Positions 12,899-26,274 of a stretch of DNA of 64,000 nt are shown piece by piece. The DNA is taken from NCBI GenBank assembly GCA_030770535.1, contig JASVEC010000001.1, positions 1,922,001-1,986,000 of the forward strand, written 5' to 3'. The notes beneath the pieces are model-generated. The model did no database searches. It saw only the letters and a list, made by a program, of their open reading frames with translations, and was not told the origin of the DNA. The DNA comes from Batkoa obscura (lineage: Eukaryota). The position numbers and the translations under genes are program-made. Each line of letters opens with the position of its first letter. Position 1 is the stretch's first letter.

Positions 12899-14337
12899 AG
12901 TTATTTGTTAGTGTTATTCTATTAGCATTTTACTTGTGAAGTTTTTTATCAAATATTATAATGGTTCATAGAACAGTGGTAAGATCTATTTGTATATTTT
13001 CAAACTATGTCTATTATTTTAATCCAAATTATATTGAAAATTTGTAAATCATAGGTATTAGTTTGTTATCTTTAAATAGTACAAAAGTATTAAAACGACA
13101 GTAAATGAAGAACTAAAATATACTTAATAAAATAGTATTAATTGATTATAAACTATTGAACTAACAAAAATAAAATAAACCTAATCAAATTACTTATAAA
13201 TAACAATTCAAAGTATATTAGAAAGATAAATAATGGATACTCCAGTAAATTTTGTTACAATTTTATGGTCTATAATTCTTCTATTGCATACTAACCCTTG
13301 TTTCATTATTTCGACAGATCCTTTGACTATTTACTTGAATATATAAAATTGTAACTAGCAATATTACTAACTTATAGTTTTATTTTACTTGATTTAATCT
13401 AAGCTGATTCTATAAAACCGAATTTAAAGCTTTCTTTTGCTATCTAATCCTCTTTAAAAGAGTAATTCTAAATTAGTTTTACTTTCTCCAGTTTAATGTT
13501 ACCTTTCTTTCTAGTATTTTTTACAATATTTTACATCAAGGATTTTGCTTACACTTTATACTTCGCTTTATAAATAACGTGTTTAGGAGAAGGTTAATTT
13601 TTCCAAAAAAAAATTATAAGAGGTCGAAAAACTGACAACTTTTTATTTTTTAACTAGAAGCTATGATTCAATGCGATTTATACTAAATGTTTCTATACTA
13701 AATGTGAATTTTGATCCCAGTGCCTCTATATTTTTATGATTGCTTATATATCGGTTACTCTATTTGTTTCTCGACCTTTTTGTTGTATTTCTTCCTAGTA
13801 AGTTATTAGTAATCACGTTAATCAAATTTGACTAATTGCTAACTATACAATAATACTTGTTACCTGATATTTTAAAATCACTTTAATTGATGGATGTTTA
13901 GATAATTTAGGGTTAGTTTAGAAAGAGCATGCTACCTGAAACTCTTGTCTTTTAAACCATTAATTGTTCTGTTAAAAGATAAGAAATAAACTTTTAAATA
14001 ACTAATTTAGTAAGTATTTCTATTCAATACCAATTAAACTGCTAGAATAACTGTTAGTAATCGAAACTATATATCATAAACTTGGCTCCAAAAAGGGGCA
14101 TAGCTTAATAAAAAGTTAAATATGTTAATAGTATGGATCTAATTAATTAGAGAACTGGAAGCCATTAAAATATTAAACCATAAAAAAAGTTATATTGTAC
14201 AGTATATACAAATAAAAAAGAAAGTATTCAATCTAATTATTGCTATTTGAAATTAAACCTTATTACTCTGGAAATAATACCATTAATTTATCGACAATTA
14301 ATTTTCTATAATATACAAAGAGCCCAAGTAATTAATA

Positions 14338-15068
14338 ATGAAAGCAACTTTATTTTTAGCTGTATTATCTAATTTGATAAGCAATATTACAGCATTATCT
14401 GGTTCTGATCCAATTACTACTCATCCCTTCCAAGCACAAAGATACACTCTTGAAACATCTCAAGTAGCTTGTGGTGTCCCAACATCTCAAATGAACCTTG
14501 ACAGAGTCACTGTAATACAAGGTATGAATAAATCTCAATGTGGTACCTGTTTGAAAGTAACCTCAAAGCAAAATGGTCTCGTATTATACATTGTTGCTGT
14601 TGATATTGGGGGACAAGGTTTAGATATGAATACTGTAGCATTTTCACAACTATCAGTGGTGAAACTACTGGTCATGTTGATGTAACTTGGAAGTCTACCG
14701 ATAGTGGTAAATGTACTGGTGTAGTTTCTAGTGGTGATAGTTCGTTACCTGGTATGCGTACTCAACCTGAAAGCAGTAGTAACACTATCAATCCAAGTTA
14801 TATAGGTTACTCGGTTGAACCTGAAGATGGAGGTAATGATAGTATCAAAGACCAAACAAATTTAAAACAAACCCCACAATATAATAAGCTGGTTACTACA
14901 GTTTCAACTTCAAATACAGAACCAACAGATGAATGTGGAGATGGTATCTATAGAAAGTGCATCTCTGATAAGCAATATGTTACATGTGTTTACAAACAAA
15001 GGTTTATTGAATCATGCAATCTAGCATTAACATGCCAAAATGCAGACAATGCAATTGAATGCGTTTAG
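14338..15068 (+). pseudogene. Secreted expansin-like (DPBB) protein with C-terminal Cys-rich module; frameshifted paralog of 33147-33884
   Basis: Two ORFs (14338-14685, 14754-15068) align with the two halves of the intact paralog; one A is missing after 14656 (CTATCAG-TGGTGAA versus CTATCAGATGGTGAA). Confidence 0.75.
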
Positions 15069-15318
15069 TCTATATTATCTATAGTGTTTTATTTTGGCAA
15101 TTGATTTGTAATAAAAAAAATTTAATGTTAGTTATTTGAAATATTGATAAGACTCTTTGAATATCAACTTTAAGACGACTTAAAAAAGAAACAACTAATT
15201 TACTATAAGTATCAAGTTTATATCCCTAATACAAATTAACTGAAATAACTATTGTTGATGCATTTAATTTTTTAAATAGAAAGGTATAACTTTACAACCA
15301 AGGTTTAAAAAAATATTT

Positions 15319-15413
15319 GATGTTTTTTTGGCTTCATCATTTTTCCCATCTTTTAAGCGCTATTTGAGTGGAAAGATTGTTAATAAAATTCTTAAACAAA
15401 AAAAGACATCCCT
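15319..15413 (+). mobile_element. ~98 bp MITE copy 1 (5' terminus eroded)
   Basis: Matches family consensus GGGGATGT8GGCTTCAT...TAAGCGCTATTTGAGCGGAAAGATT...CTTAAACAAAAAAATACATCCCC. Confidence 0.85.
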
Positions 15414-15441
15414 ATTTATTTTTTAAAATTTAAAATAGTTG

Positions 15442-15912
15442 TGTGAAAGTTGATACTCAGTGGTCGGAGTTAAAAGCTACTCTTGCTTAATTAACTTGCC
15501 TTGAGTCAAAGGGTCTTAGTTTATGTAACTAAGATAGACTCAATAGAAATAGTACGTAATAAGCTACGAACTATGTAAAGTAAATAGAATAGAAGACATT
15601 AATGTAAAACATACGTAAAACACTATAAGACTTAATGGCTTTATTAAAAGTACGATATCAGGAAGTAATTCAATTATAAAGCCTCGAGTTATCATGTTGA
15701 AGAATCTCTTTTATATTCCAACTAGGTGGCTATATATAAGGAACATTATAACAGTTTTTTCTTATTATAGTTGCCAAGTATGGACATTAAAACGTGGACA
15801 ATAAGTTCTTCATATCAGGTGGTAGCAATTCTCACAGCAAATCTATATAAGGAACTCTGAATTGACTATCGTATTATAATCAATCCTAGAGCTGATGAAG
15901 TGATATTTCACA
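15442..15912 (+). mobile_element. Solo LTR, ~470 bp
   Basis: TGTGAAA...TTTCACA termini, GTTG 4-bp TSD on both sides, internal TATATAAG boxes; homologous copies within 35944-36890. Confidence 0.75.
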
Positions 15913-15941
15913 GTTGCTATATTAATTTTTAAAATATATAT

Positions 15942-16039
15942 GGGGATGTCTTTTTTTGTTTAAGAATTTTATTAACAATCTTTCCACTCAAATAGCGCTT
16001 AAAAGATGGGAAAAATGATGAAGCCAAAAAAACATCCCC
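15942..16039 (-). mobile_element. MITE copy 2
   Basis: GGGG...CCCC termini, ATAT TSD. Confidence 0.9.
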
Positions 16040-16436
16040 ATATTTTATTATAAAAATAAACATTACTCAAATAGTTTTTAGTCTATATTTTTATCTCGTC
16101 AAACATTTCCTTTGAATCTATATAATATTGAGTTATCTAATAAAATAATAAATAACAAAATAGTTATATTGATTACTTACCCCTAATAGTGTTTCTTGAT
16201 ACCATTTTAAATATTTGATTATTTTACTCAATGTAATTAAATTAATATAATTTAATTCTTATTTAATATATTTTTTATATTAAAATAAAGCACTATTAAA
16301 ACAATTTAATGGATGTTTTTATTATATATAATAAGCATATCATATTTGATCTATAAATAAAACAAAAAAAAACACTTAATTCCAATATACTTAATATTAT
16401 TATATTGAACCATTATCACATTTTAAAACATAATAT

Positions 16437-16534
16437 GGGGGTGTTTTTTTGGCTTCATCATTTTTTCCATCTTTTGAGCGCTATTTGAATGGAAAGATTG
16501 CTAGTAAAATTCTTAAACACTAAAATACATCCCC
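16437..16534 (+). mobile_element. MITE copy 3
   Basis: GGGG...CCCC termini, ATAT TSD. Confidence 0.9.
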
Positions 16535-17578
16535 ATATATATTTAACATAATTTGTGAAACTTGAAAATAAATTCAAATAATTAAATTTTTATTTAAATA
16601 TTCAAATTTTATTAATATTTACTATATATGTTTATAACGTAATTTAATAGATAATTTCATATGGTTCAACAATAGCTTAAAGTAGTGCTGGTAGATAGCT
16701 TAATATGGCTCAAAAATAAATAGTTAAAACATTTTATATAATAAATAACTTGAAATTTAATAATTCTTAAGTCGAAGAAACGAAAAAAGTTAAGTGTGTA
16801 ACTGTAACTATTGGGCTTAAAGTATATTTTTAACTATATTTGCCCAAATCTAGAATTTCTATTGTTCTACGCTTCAGTTATGAGCCATTTTTCTAACAAT
16901 TCCAAGTTATTATCTTTATTTAGTTTCAAAAATAATAAAACAGTAATAAGTAGTGATATATGCAATTAATAAATAATCCAATATTTGAATTTTTAAACTT
17001 ACAATTTTATTAAATTCATTTAATAATATCAAATCTTGATAATAGTTTTAATTGATTTAAAGGAATACATTTGGATAAACTAGGAAAATTTGCTACAAAC
17101 TCAAACTCGTAATAATAAAATCCAAAATAAATTGGGGTTAAAGAATAACGGGGGAATTGAATAGTTTATTGGTGCATTTGTCTTAACTAAGCCATTGCTT
17201 ATTGCTTTAAAAACTTATGCTAGCCAATCAAAGTGGATAAGTATACCAAATGTAACAATCCATAATTTTCAACAGTACAAAGTAAAGATGCATAAAAAAA
17301 TTGATTCTTTCTTTTTATATTTTATAAAAAACTGATAACTTTTCATAACTGAATATAACATTCTTGTGTTTTAAACTTTAAATTAAATAATTTTTTAAAG
17401 CTTTCAATCGTTCAATCTGGCTAAATTTTTAATACTTTTATTATTTTCTTCTTCTTCAATACAAAGTAAAGACAATTTAAAATCAAAGTTAAGCTCAATA
17501 CTCTATTTTTAATAACAACTTATATCAACAAACTCAAACAGATTTACAAATCAATTTTAAATCCATATCAATTTCAAT

Positions 17579-18376
17579 ATGATGATAGCTAATAATAATA
17601 GTAGTAGTAGTGATGAGAGTATAATACCACCGTTAAATAAGATGGCTTCTATGTCTTCTAAGTTTCATAATGAAAACTTGAATGAAATATTAGCCATCTG
17701 TTATTTAAAACGTGCTAACGAATCTAGTCACCATCGTTATTGTTACTCACGTAAGTATAAAAATAAACCATTTGGTTAATTTAAAATAATATATTTAATA
17801 TTTATTAATAGTCGCGGATGCAGTACCGTGGTGGGTTTGACGTGACTACTGTTGACCAAATTCCACCGGATGAAACTCAAGAGTTAGCTAAGCCATCGAT
17901 TGCTAAGTTAGGTAAATCCTTGGCTAAAATGATACTCCCAAAGATTTCCCCTGACGCTTATTTAACCATTATCTCTCGATCCAATGACCAATTACGTCCC
18001 AACCTTTGGTCTGGTTTTACTACCAATTCTACCCTCTTCTTCCAACCACCTTGCTTTGATACTTGGGCAGATGAAGACTTTCGTACTTGGTAAGTTGTTT
18101 ATGGGTGAAGTGTTAATTAACTAATTGGGGTTTTTAGTATCACTGCCATTTTAGAATTAGCAGAAAACCAATTGAATTGCGAAAAGATTGTGGTTTGTGT
18201 GCATAAAGACTCGCCTGATATTGGTAAGTTTTTATTTTTATAGAATTTTAATTTTAATAATTTAATATTTTTTAGCTGACCTTATTAAGGCCCTTTTTTA
18301 TGTTGGTTTTCAATCCGTTCATCCTAGCGTCTATAATCAATCTAAAGAGTATCTTTTGATTAGTTATGCCCTTTAA
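17579..18376 (+). CDS. OAZ1: Ornithine decarboxylase antizyme; 4 exons; requires +1 programmed ribosomal frameshift
   Basis: ORF1 ...ILAICY...RYCYS^LADAVPWWV ends GTT TGA C (17835-17841); the +1 frame continues DVTTVDQ...ITAILELAENQLNCEKIVVCVHKDSPDIADLIKALFYVGFQSVHP...YAL*, matching the antizyme domain. Intron 1 is 17751-17811. Confidence 0.93.
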
Positions 18377-18696
18377 GTTGTTCATTACGATGGAATTTTA
18401 ATCTTTTTTTATTTCTTTATCTTACTTCTTTTTTAAAGCTTATATTAAAGTGTTATCTTTTATCTGAATTTTTTTTTTTCAAGCTTATCAAATTATTAGA
18501 TCTTTTCTTTTATCAGATTTGTTTTGAAACTTCAAAATAAATTAAATATTTTTATAAAAGCATAGTTTTTATTATTAAAATAATTGAAAATAATACTAAA
18601 TAAAAACATTTTATTCACTAAAAATATGCAACTTAATTTTATAAATAATAGAAAAATAAAAATAGAAATAAAAATAAAAATATAAGCTTAAAATTT

Positions 18697-18794
18697 GGGG
18701 GTGTTTTTTTTGACTTCATCACTTTTTCCATTTTTAAGCGCTATTTGAATGGAAAGATTGCTAGTAAAATCCTCAAACAAAAAAATACATCCTC
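18697..18794 (+). mobile_element. MITE copy 4
   Basis: GGGG...CCTC termini, ATTT TSD. Confidence 0.9.
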
Positions 18795-18830
18795 ATTTAC
18801 ATCCCAATTTAGTTCCTAATCCTCCCATTT

Positions 18831-19957
18831 TCATTGTCTTGGATTTAGATTCATATCAAAATTCAACCCTTGATTTATAGTTAACGGTGGGGATAATTGT
18901 AACCCATTATTATCCCCAGGTTCTTGTATTGAAAACTGATGGTATTCATTATTTGAATTATCTTCATTTAAAAAATACGAATTAGTATTAGAAATAGGTA
19001 ATGGAATCGAATTCAAACTTGGTAATGAAAGTGAATTAAAACACACCGCATTAAAATATTTATTATTTGCTGATGATGAGGATGAAATAGTATTAGATGA
19101 TGGTAATCGGTTACTTGATGGATTAAAATTAAATGTAGGATATTGTTTATAAGCAGTGATAGTAGTTGATTCTGGATAATACATTGTTTTATTTGAAATT
19201 GATTGTGGTGGAAGTGGAAGTTGTGATAGATTAGGTAAAAAAGTAGTCATGTTTTTATTTATATTCGTATTGTTATTAAAACTATTATTATTATTCATAT
19301 TACTTTGATTATGAGTTTGGGTAAAATTCTTACTCATCATTCTATTTTTTTTCACAAGTAATTCCGTATTCGTTTTAAATATTTAGGAATAAGGTGATAA
19401 AAATAAGCTCTTGAAATATCAATTAGACCCTTCTGTTTTAACTCAAGGTAAATTCGATTTTTTGGCTTTAATAAAAAATAACATGGGACTTTTTCACCAT
19501 TCCAAGAACATTTTTTTTTTAAATTTAATTCTGATTGTTTAACCATATATTCTAATACTTTTTTATCTAATATTTTAACACCTTTTTTTTTCTTTTTAAT
19601 TATTTTTGTACTACTTATTGAAGTAGAATATTTTTTTTCTTTTTGGATTTTAATAGCTGAAGTATATTGCCCATTGGAAAATTCAAACCCCAAAGTATTT
19701 AATTGACTTCGTGAAAATAAACCAGCTACTAAGGCTAAGATATTACTTTTATATCTACTTTGATTTTGACTATGTAGTTCATATACCCTATTGACTAACT
19801 CATTTAACATTAATACCGATTTTTCAAAATTTAATTTAGGTAATATTGTCATTATATTTTCAATCCTTGGCTTCACTTTCTTAATAGGTTTGGAAAGTGT
19901 TGGCGTTATAGTCTTGGGCTCATTGTTAGATTGAGCTAGTATAGTTGTATTTTTCAT
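18831..19957 (-). CDS. Putative transposase-derived DNA-binding protein (201 aa ORF) with an overlapping N/S/P-rich ORF in the -1 frame
   Basis: One copy of the KSNILALVAGLFSRSQLNTLGFEFSNGQY domain shared with the adjacent gene, then YFLLKPKNRIYLELK...ISRAYFYHLIPK, resembling Sola-type transposase N-termini; no DDE domain. Confidence 0.55.
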
Positions 19958-20131
19958 TGTTGAAATTGAATTGAATTATCTTTAAACTGAAAGAATAAAA
20001 TTGAATTGTACTCAAAATAAATATAAAAATGGAATTGTTTAAATAAAAATTATGCTTAAAATTGATACCTCTTTGCAAATTATGAAATTTAATTGGTTAC
20101 TCTTCATTTGGATTTGTCATCTTTGTTAATG

Positions 20132-20177
20132 CTATGAAGTGTCAATAATATTTGTATTGTTAATAATGGGAATAATT

Positions 20178-20216
<39 letters not shown>

Positions 20217-21688
20217 GTGATAATATTAGTATTACTTGAAACTGTAGGATTGAATTGATTATTATTATTATTATTATTTTCATTATTAGTAATGGTAGTA
20301 CTAGTATTAATTGAATTAATATTATTTATATTATCATTATTATTAGTTAAAATCATGGGAATAGTAGCATTATAATTGTTGTCATTAATAATACTATTAT
20401 ATTCTCTTACTGAATTGAAATATTTTAATAATACTAATTTTTTAAATAAACAATTTTCAATTTTTTGCTCCTTATTTAATGTATCATCACTATCTACATC
20501 TAACCCAAAACTTACTTCCTTATTCATTGAATTATTCTCTCTTTTATTTAATAAGGATTTTTTTTCTTTATTCTGCTTAATTTCAATCTCAAAAACAAAT
20601 TCCTTCTCAACCTGAATTTTCTTCGCTTGTGTATATTGAGCATTAGAAAATTCAAAGCCTAATTGATTCAATTGATTTCTTTTAAAACTATCCGCCAATA
20701 AAGCCAAAAAACTAGCTTTAAATGTCATCTTACATTGACAATGAAATTGATAAACTCGATTCACTACACCTTCAATTAATTTAACTATTTTTTCAATATC
20801 TAATCGATCAATAACTTCCATCACATTTTTCAATGTATCTTTCTTTTTTTTGATTTTATTACTTTGATGAGATTGATATTCCATATATTTTTTATCTAAA
20901 GCAATCTTTTTAGCTTCAGTATATTGATAATTGGAAAATTCAAACCCTAACCCAGTTAATTGAGTTCTAGAAAACAAACCCGCAATTAACGAGAGAATAT
21001 TACTTTTAAACATCGTTTGAGAATGAAAAGTGTGGATTCGGGTTAATATTGAGTTTAATATAGTAAGCGATTTTTCAAGGTTTAGAGAAGGGAATATGTT
21101 TAATATATTCTCTTCTCGATTTCGATTACCACGACGTTTACGTTTAGTAGATGTTAGATTCATCAATTGATCAATGTTGAGGGTTTTGGTTGAGTTGGAG
21201 GATTCTGGATTGTTATTGAGTGGATTAAATTGGTTTATTGTTTCTGTTCCTGCAATTGAGTTATTGGTTATGATTGTTCGAAGTATTTCTGTTGTAGAAT
21301 TGGGTTGATAAGATTGATTTATTATCTCTGTTTTTTGGAGTCTATTCGTTATTATATCTGTTGAGGTTACTTCAATTGTATTGGCAGTTTGCTCAGGTTG
21401 GTCCGATATCTCTACTTCTTCGGTTATGCTGGTTATTGTAATTTTTGAAGGTACTTTTATTGTTTTATTAGCTTTCTCATTTTCATTTATTGAGATTGTT
21501 TTTTTAGTTATATTGATTGTTGGGGGGACCTCTGTTGTATCGTTGGATTTATTGATTTCCTTTGTTATCTCTGTTTCTTTGACTATGCTGGTTAATGGAA
21601 GTGCTTTGATTGCTCCGTTGACTTGTTTAGCTTGGCCTGTTAATTCTAGTACTATAGCTGGATTATTGATTGTGGTTGAAGTATCCAT
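20132..21688 (-). CDS. 518 aa protein with two copies of the same ~60 aa domain, T/N-rich low-complexity ends and an NLS-like KRKRR
   Basis: Long intronless ORF; repeats FKSNILSLIAGLFSRTQLTGLGFEFSNYQYTEAKKI and FKASFLALLADSFKRNQLNQLGFEFSNAQYTQAKKI. Confidence 0.7.
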
Positions 21689-22131
21689 TTGTTATAGAAT
21701 TTGTTATTATATGTTATATCGGTTTTTTTCACAATTAAAAAATCAAAAAGATGAATGAAATTTTTAATTCTTCTAAAATATTGAATGAGATTTTATATCA
21801 TGTTTCTAGTATGAATTAAAGACTAGCTTTTGATGATTTTCAAAAAATGCATATAAAATTATAAAAAAGTAGAATGTTAATAAAAATAAGTTTATTTTGA
21901 GTTAATATTAAATTGATAATTCAATTCAAAATAATAGATTATAAATGTATATAAACTATATTTACTTTAATTAAATGATATTACAACTAATCATCACTTT
22001 TCAATAACTCAATATTATTGGTTCTGAGACCAAAGTCAATCAGTAGTCAAAAAAGTAGTAAAAGCAACATGTAAAAAATTTAAAAACAGTTTTATTATTA
22101 TTATTGTTATTTCCAATAAAGAATAAAAAAG

Positions 22132-23868
22132 ATGCCATCTATAACCCAAATAATTATTCTAGGCTTAATAATACGATTGGGTTTAATTGTATTATTTCCT
22201 GACTTTTGTATTGTATTAAAAAATAGAATTGAATTAATAACTCCAATTACGGATTTTGAATCAAGTAAAATTTTTAATTAATAATTTATTTAAGTTATTA
22301 ACATTTAATATTTTATTATTATTATTATTATTATTCTTTAGTTAAAGAAGGTTTATTTTTATTAAAATATTCAATACCTCCTTATAAAGGCGGGTTATTA
22401 AGACAAGTAATTAATATTCAATAATAATTTAAATTAATTTAAATTATATTTTCTCTTAAATAGAACCCTGTCATCTTGTTATTATTACAACCAGTGATCA
22501 ATCTTCATCCAATTGTTATTCAACTTTATTACATCTCTATTGATACTATCTTATGTCTATTATATTATAAAATAGGCCAATTATATAAGAAACGAAAAGA
22601 AAGTTATGAAATTCGAAATGAAAAGGGAGAAGTAAAAGCTCAAGTTTGGAAAATTGAACCAGAGTTATTAGGATTAACTTATTATTTAAATCCATTAACT
22701 ATATTATCTTGTGTGTCATTGTCAACAGCTATTTTTAATCATTTTTTTTTATTGTTAGCTGTTACGTTTGCTGTTAATTGTAAGTTTTAATCATTTAATT
22801 GAAGGAAGATTGTATTAAGTTTAATTCATTTTTTTATTAGATAATATTTTACTATCAACATTGTTTCTTTCATTATCATCAATGATTTCTTTTTATCCTA
22901 TTATATTAATTGTACCAATTCATTTGTTGACAAGTGGTAAGGAAAATGGAAAGAAATGGGTAAGTTTGAATATATTATATCATTTTATATTTAATTATAT
23001 TTGATTATGTTTAATTATTTTATTCTATTTTTATTTTAGTTGTATATAATTAAAACAGTTTATTTTGTAATACAATGGTTGGTAGTAATTAATTTTATTA
23101 TCTACTATAATTTCAATAATTGGGATTATTTAAAAAATTCAATTGGGACAATGTAAGTTATATATATAATGTAATAACAATAACATAATAATATTTTATT
23201 AATAATTATTTTTAAATTTTAGTTTCTTTGTTAAAGATTTAACCCCAAATCTTGGCTTATATTGGTATTTCTTTATTGAAATGTTTGAACAATTTCGAAT
23301 GTATTTTACAATTGCATTTCAATTTTTTAATTTTGCATTTATACTACCAATTACTTTTAAATTTTAGTAAGTTTTATTTATTTTATATTAATTTGTTTAT
23401 TAATTAATTATTTTTTATTATATGTTTTTTAGTAATCAACCCATGTTTGTTCTATTATTACAATTAATTATTAATTCGATATTTAAATCGTATCCTTCTA
23501 TTGCTGATTTATGTTTTTATTTACCATTTTTAATATTATTTAAAGATTTGTTGAAATGTAAGTTAATTAATCAATAATAATAATATAAAATATAGTTACT
23601 AATCTTATTTATATTATTATTTATTATAGATTTAACTCAAATCAAAGTTATAAGCTTAACAATAATAATAAGTTTATTGTTTTCACCTATATTATGGTTA
23701 GGATGGATTGAATCTCATACTACTAATGCTAATTTCTATTATGGAGTTACTATTGCTTATTCAATTGCTCAATGTTTTTTAGTATCAGATATTTTATTAG
23801 CCTATAGGAAATTTGAGTTTGTAAACTTTTATAATAATTTAAAAGAAAAGAAATTATTATTTAAATAA
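22132..23868 (+). CDS. GAB1: GPI transamidase subunit PIG-U/GAB1, multi-exon
   Basis: NRIELITPITDF..KEG, YYLNPLTILSC, DLTPNLGLYWYFFIEMFEQFR, IFKSYPSIAD, NANFYYGVTIAY. Confidence 0.93.
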
Positions 23869-23930
23869 AAGTATAATAAAAATATAATAAAATATGATAT
23901 AATTTTTATATTTTATTTATTCTATCTATT

Positions 23931-25466
23931 TTAATGATCAGTTGTCTTTTTCTTTTTTATACCATTTTCTTCTTCTTCTTCGGGCATCAATGTTAAATTA
24001 ATAAATTTACGGTGTTCAGATATACATGGTAATTTAAAATCTTTTGGAGCTAATAATAATAATAATATTAATATAGAATTATAATTATAATTTATAAACT
24101 TACCATCAAAGTCACTAAATTTTAAATTTTCATATTGTTTAGTATCTTGTTTATTATATTGAGTCTAAAATAAAAAGTATAAATTATTAATATTATTATT
24201 ATAAATAACTTACTTTATCTTCATTTAATTTAAAACATTCAATTTGATTATCATTATTATTATTAGTTGATACAATTAATTGATTTTGATGATCAAATGT
24301 AAATGATATTACATTACCTTTGAATTCAATTGTATCAAAGTGTTCAAATTCAATATCATTATTTAATTTTAATATTACAATTTTATTTAAACTATAATAA
24401 TATAGGAATAAATAAATAAATAAATAAATAAAATATTCTGATTTACTTTTCACATCCCGTACCAATCAATGTAAATCTCTCTTCTTTTTCCTCAACTTCA
24501 TTGAAATGATTTAATTTTATATTATTTAAATTAATATCCCCATCTTTTTCTTCTTCTTTATTAAAATATTGTTTTAATTCCAATTGATTGATTTTAATTA
24601 ACTTATTAAAATCAAATAAAATAATATTGCCATCACCTCCAACAGAAAATAACCAGCTTTTATCTTGAATTTGACTAAAAATCATTTTACTTACATATGA
24701 TTTATGACCAAGTAAATAGCCATGAATATTATATCCATTAGGGTATTTACTTACTCTTATTTTTTCATCTCTATCCGCAGTTAATATATATTTATTATCT
24801 TTAGATATTAACTATAATAATAAATAATAATTAATAATTAATTAATAATAATTAGCTAATATAAATTTCAAAAACTTACAATATCCATTAATACCGAAAC
24901 ATGACCAACAATAGGTTCAATTTCTTTATCTTCAGTAACTTCTTCATTCATATTAAAACTAATATTTATATTTTATATATAAATTAATAATTTTTATTTA
25001 TTATAATAAATTATTTAATATTACCTATAAGCATCCCCAAACTTATCAGCAATAACCACTTGATTACCAAAAATATCAAAATCTATAGCAGTGGGTCTTT
25101 TTATTACCATTCTATTTCAATTATATATATAAAAATAAAACAATTAATTTCTAAAGTATAATAATAGTAATATTCTATTATTTACCTTTGATATTCTATC
25201 TTCCAATTTTCCGTGTTATAAACTTTAATCTGTTTATTATCTAAAATAACTCCAACTTTGCTACCATCTTTACTATATTTAATATCACGTACTAAATGTT
25301 CAATACTGGGTGAATATTCTATTGATTCTATTGATTCAAGATTATTATTATGAGTTTCTTTATCTAAAGATAGATCAATAACAATGGGATCAATGGAACT
25401 AAACAGGGAAGAATTAAGTATTTGAAAGAGATGAATGAGATGGAGTTGATTTAACTTACTTTTCAT
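23931..25466 (-). CDS. TRM82: tRNA (m7G46) methyltransferase non-catalytic WD40 subunit TRM82/WDR4
   Basis: KRPTAI, IADKFGDAY, GHVSVLMD, ILTADRDEKIRVSKYPNGYNIHGYLLGHKSYVS, SVGGDG. Confidence 0.93.
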
Positions 25467-26176
25467 TCAATATATATAATAAACTAATTTGAACAATAAT
25501 TAATTGTGATTTTTTAGGGGAAATTAAGAGTTTGTGTAACATCTTTTGAAGTTTTTCTTGTTTCTATTTTTTATGAAATTGATTATTTAATCAAACAAAA
25601 TTGAAATGGGAGTTTTATTTTTTTTTATAGAAAATTGAGTTTTGTGTTTTATTGGTGTTCTGATGTGCTTCGTTTTTTTCGAGTTTGAAAAATAAATTCA
25701 AATTGAAAAAACTAATATTCAGTTTAATATATTATATATTTTTTTGAAATATTTTATTAATAAATTTTCCATTCTTTAGCATATGAAAAATGAATAGAAT
25801 AAGATAAAATAAAATAAAATTGATATTATGATCTTAATTTTAGTTGAAAAATTTTCAATTTGATTTTAATGAATTCTCGATACCTTTATTTTGAGTTTAT
25901 AGACTAACTATATTTTTTATTTTTTATTTATTTTATATTAAATATTAAAATAGCTTTTAATAAATAAAAATAATACAATTATGATAATTAATGTTGTATA
26001 TGATATTTTCTAAAGTAATTTGACTTTTTGGTCTAAAATTGATTCGAAAGTCATTGATTGCAACAGTAAATATTTTAATATTTAAATGTAAATCAATTTT
26101 TCTGCTAAATATTTTATACCTTTATCAAAATGGATCTGCCCAAAAAATTAGATTACTCTAGAAAATATCCTTATAT

Positions 26177-26274
26177 GGGGTGTTTTTTTTGGTTTCATTA
26201 TTTTTTTCATTTTTTAAGCACTATTTGAGCAGAAAGATTGATAGTAAAATTCTTAAACAAAAAAATACATCCCC
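26177..26274 (+). mobile_element. MITE copy 5
   Basis: GGGG...CCCC termini, ATAT TSD. Confidence 0.9.
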
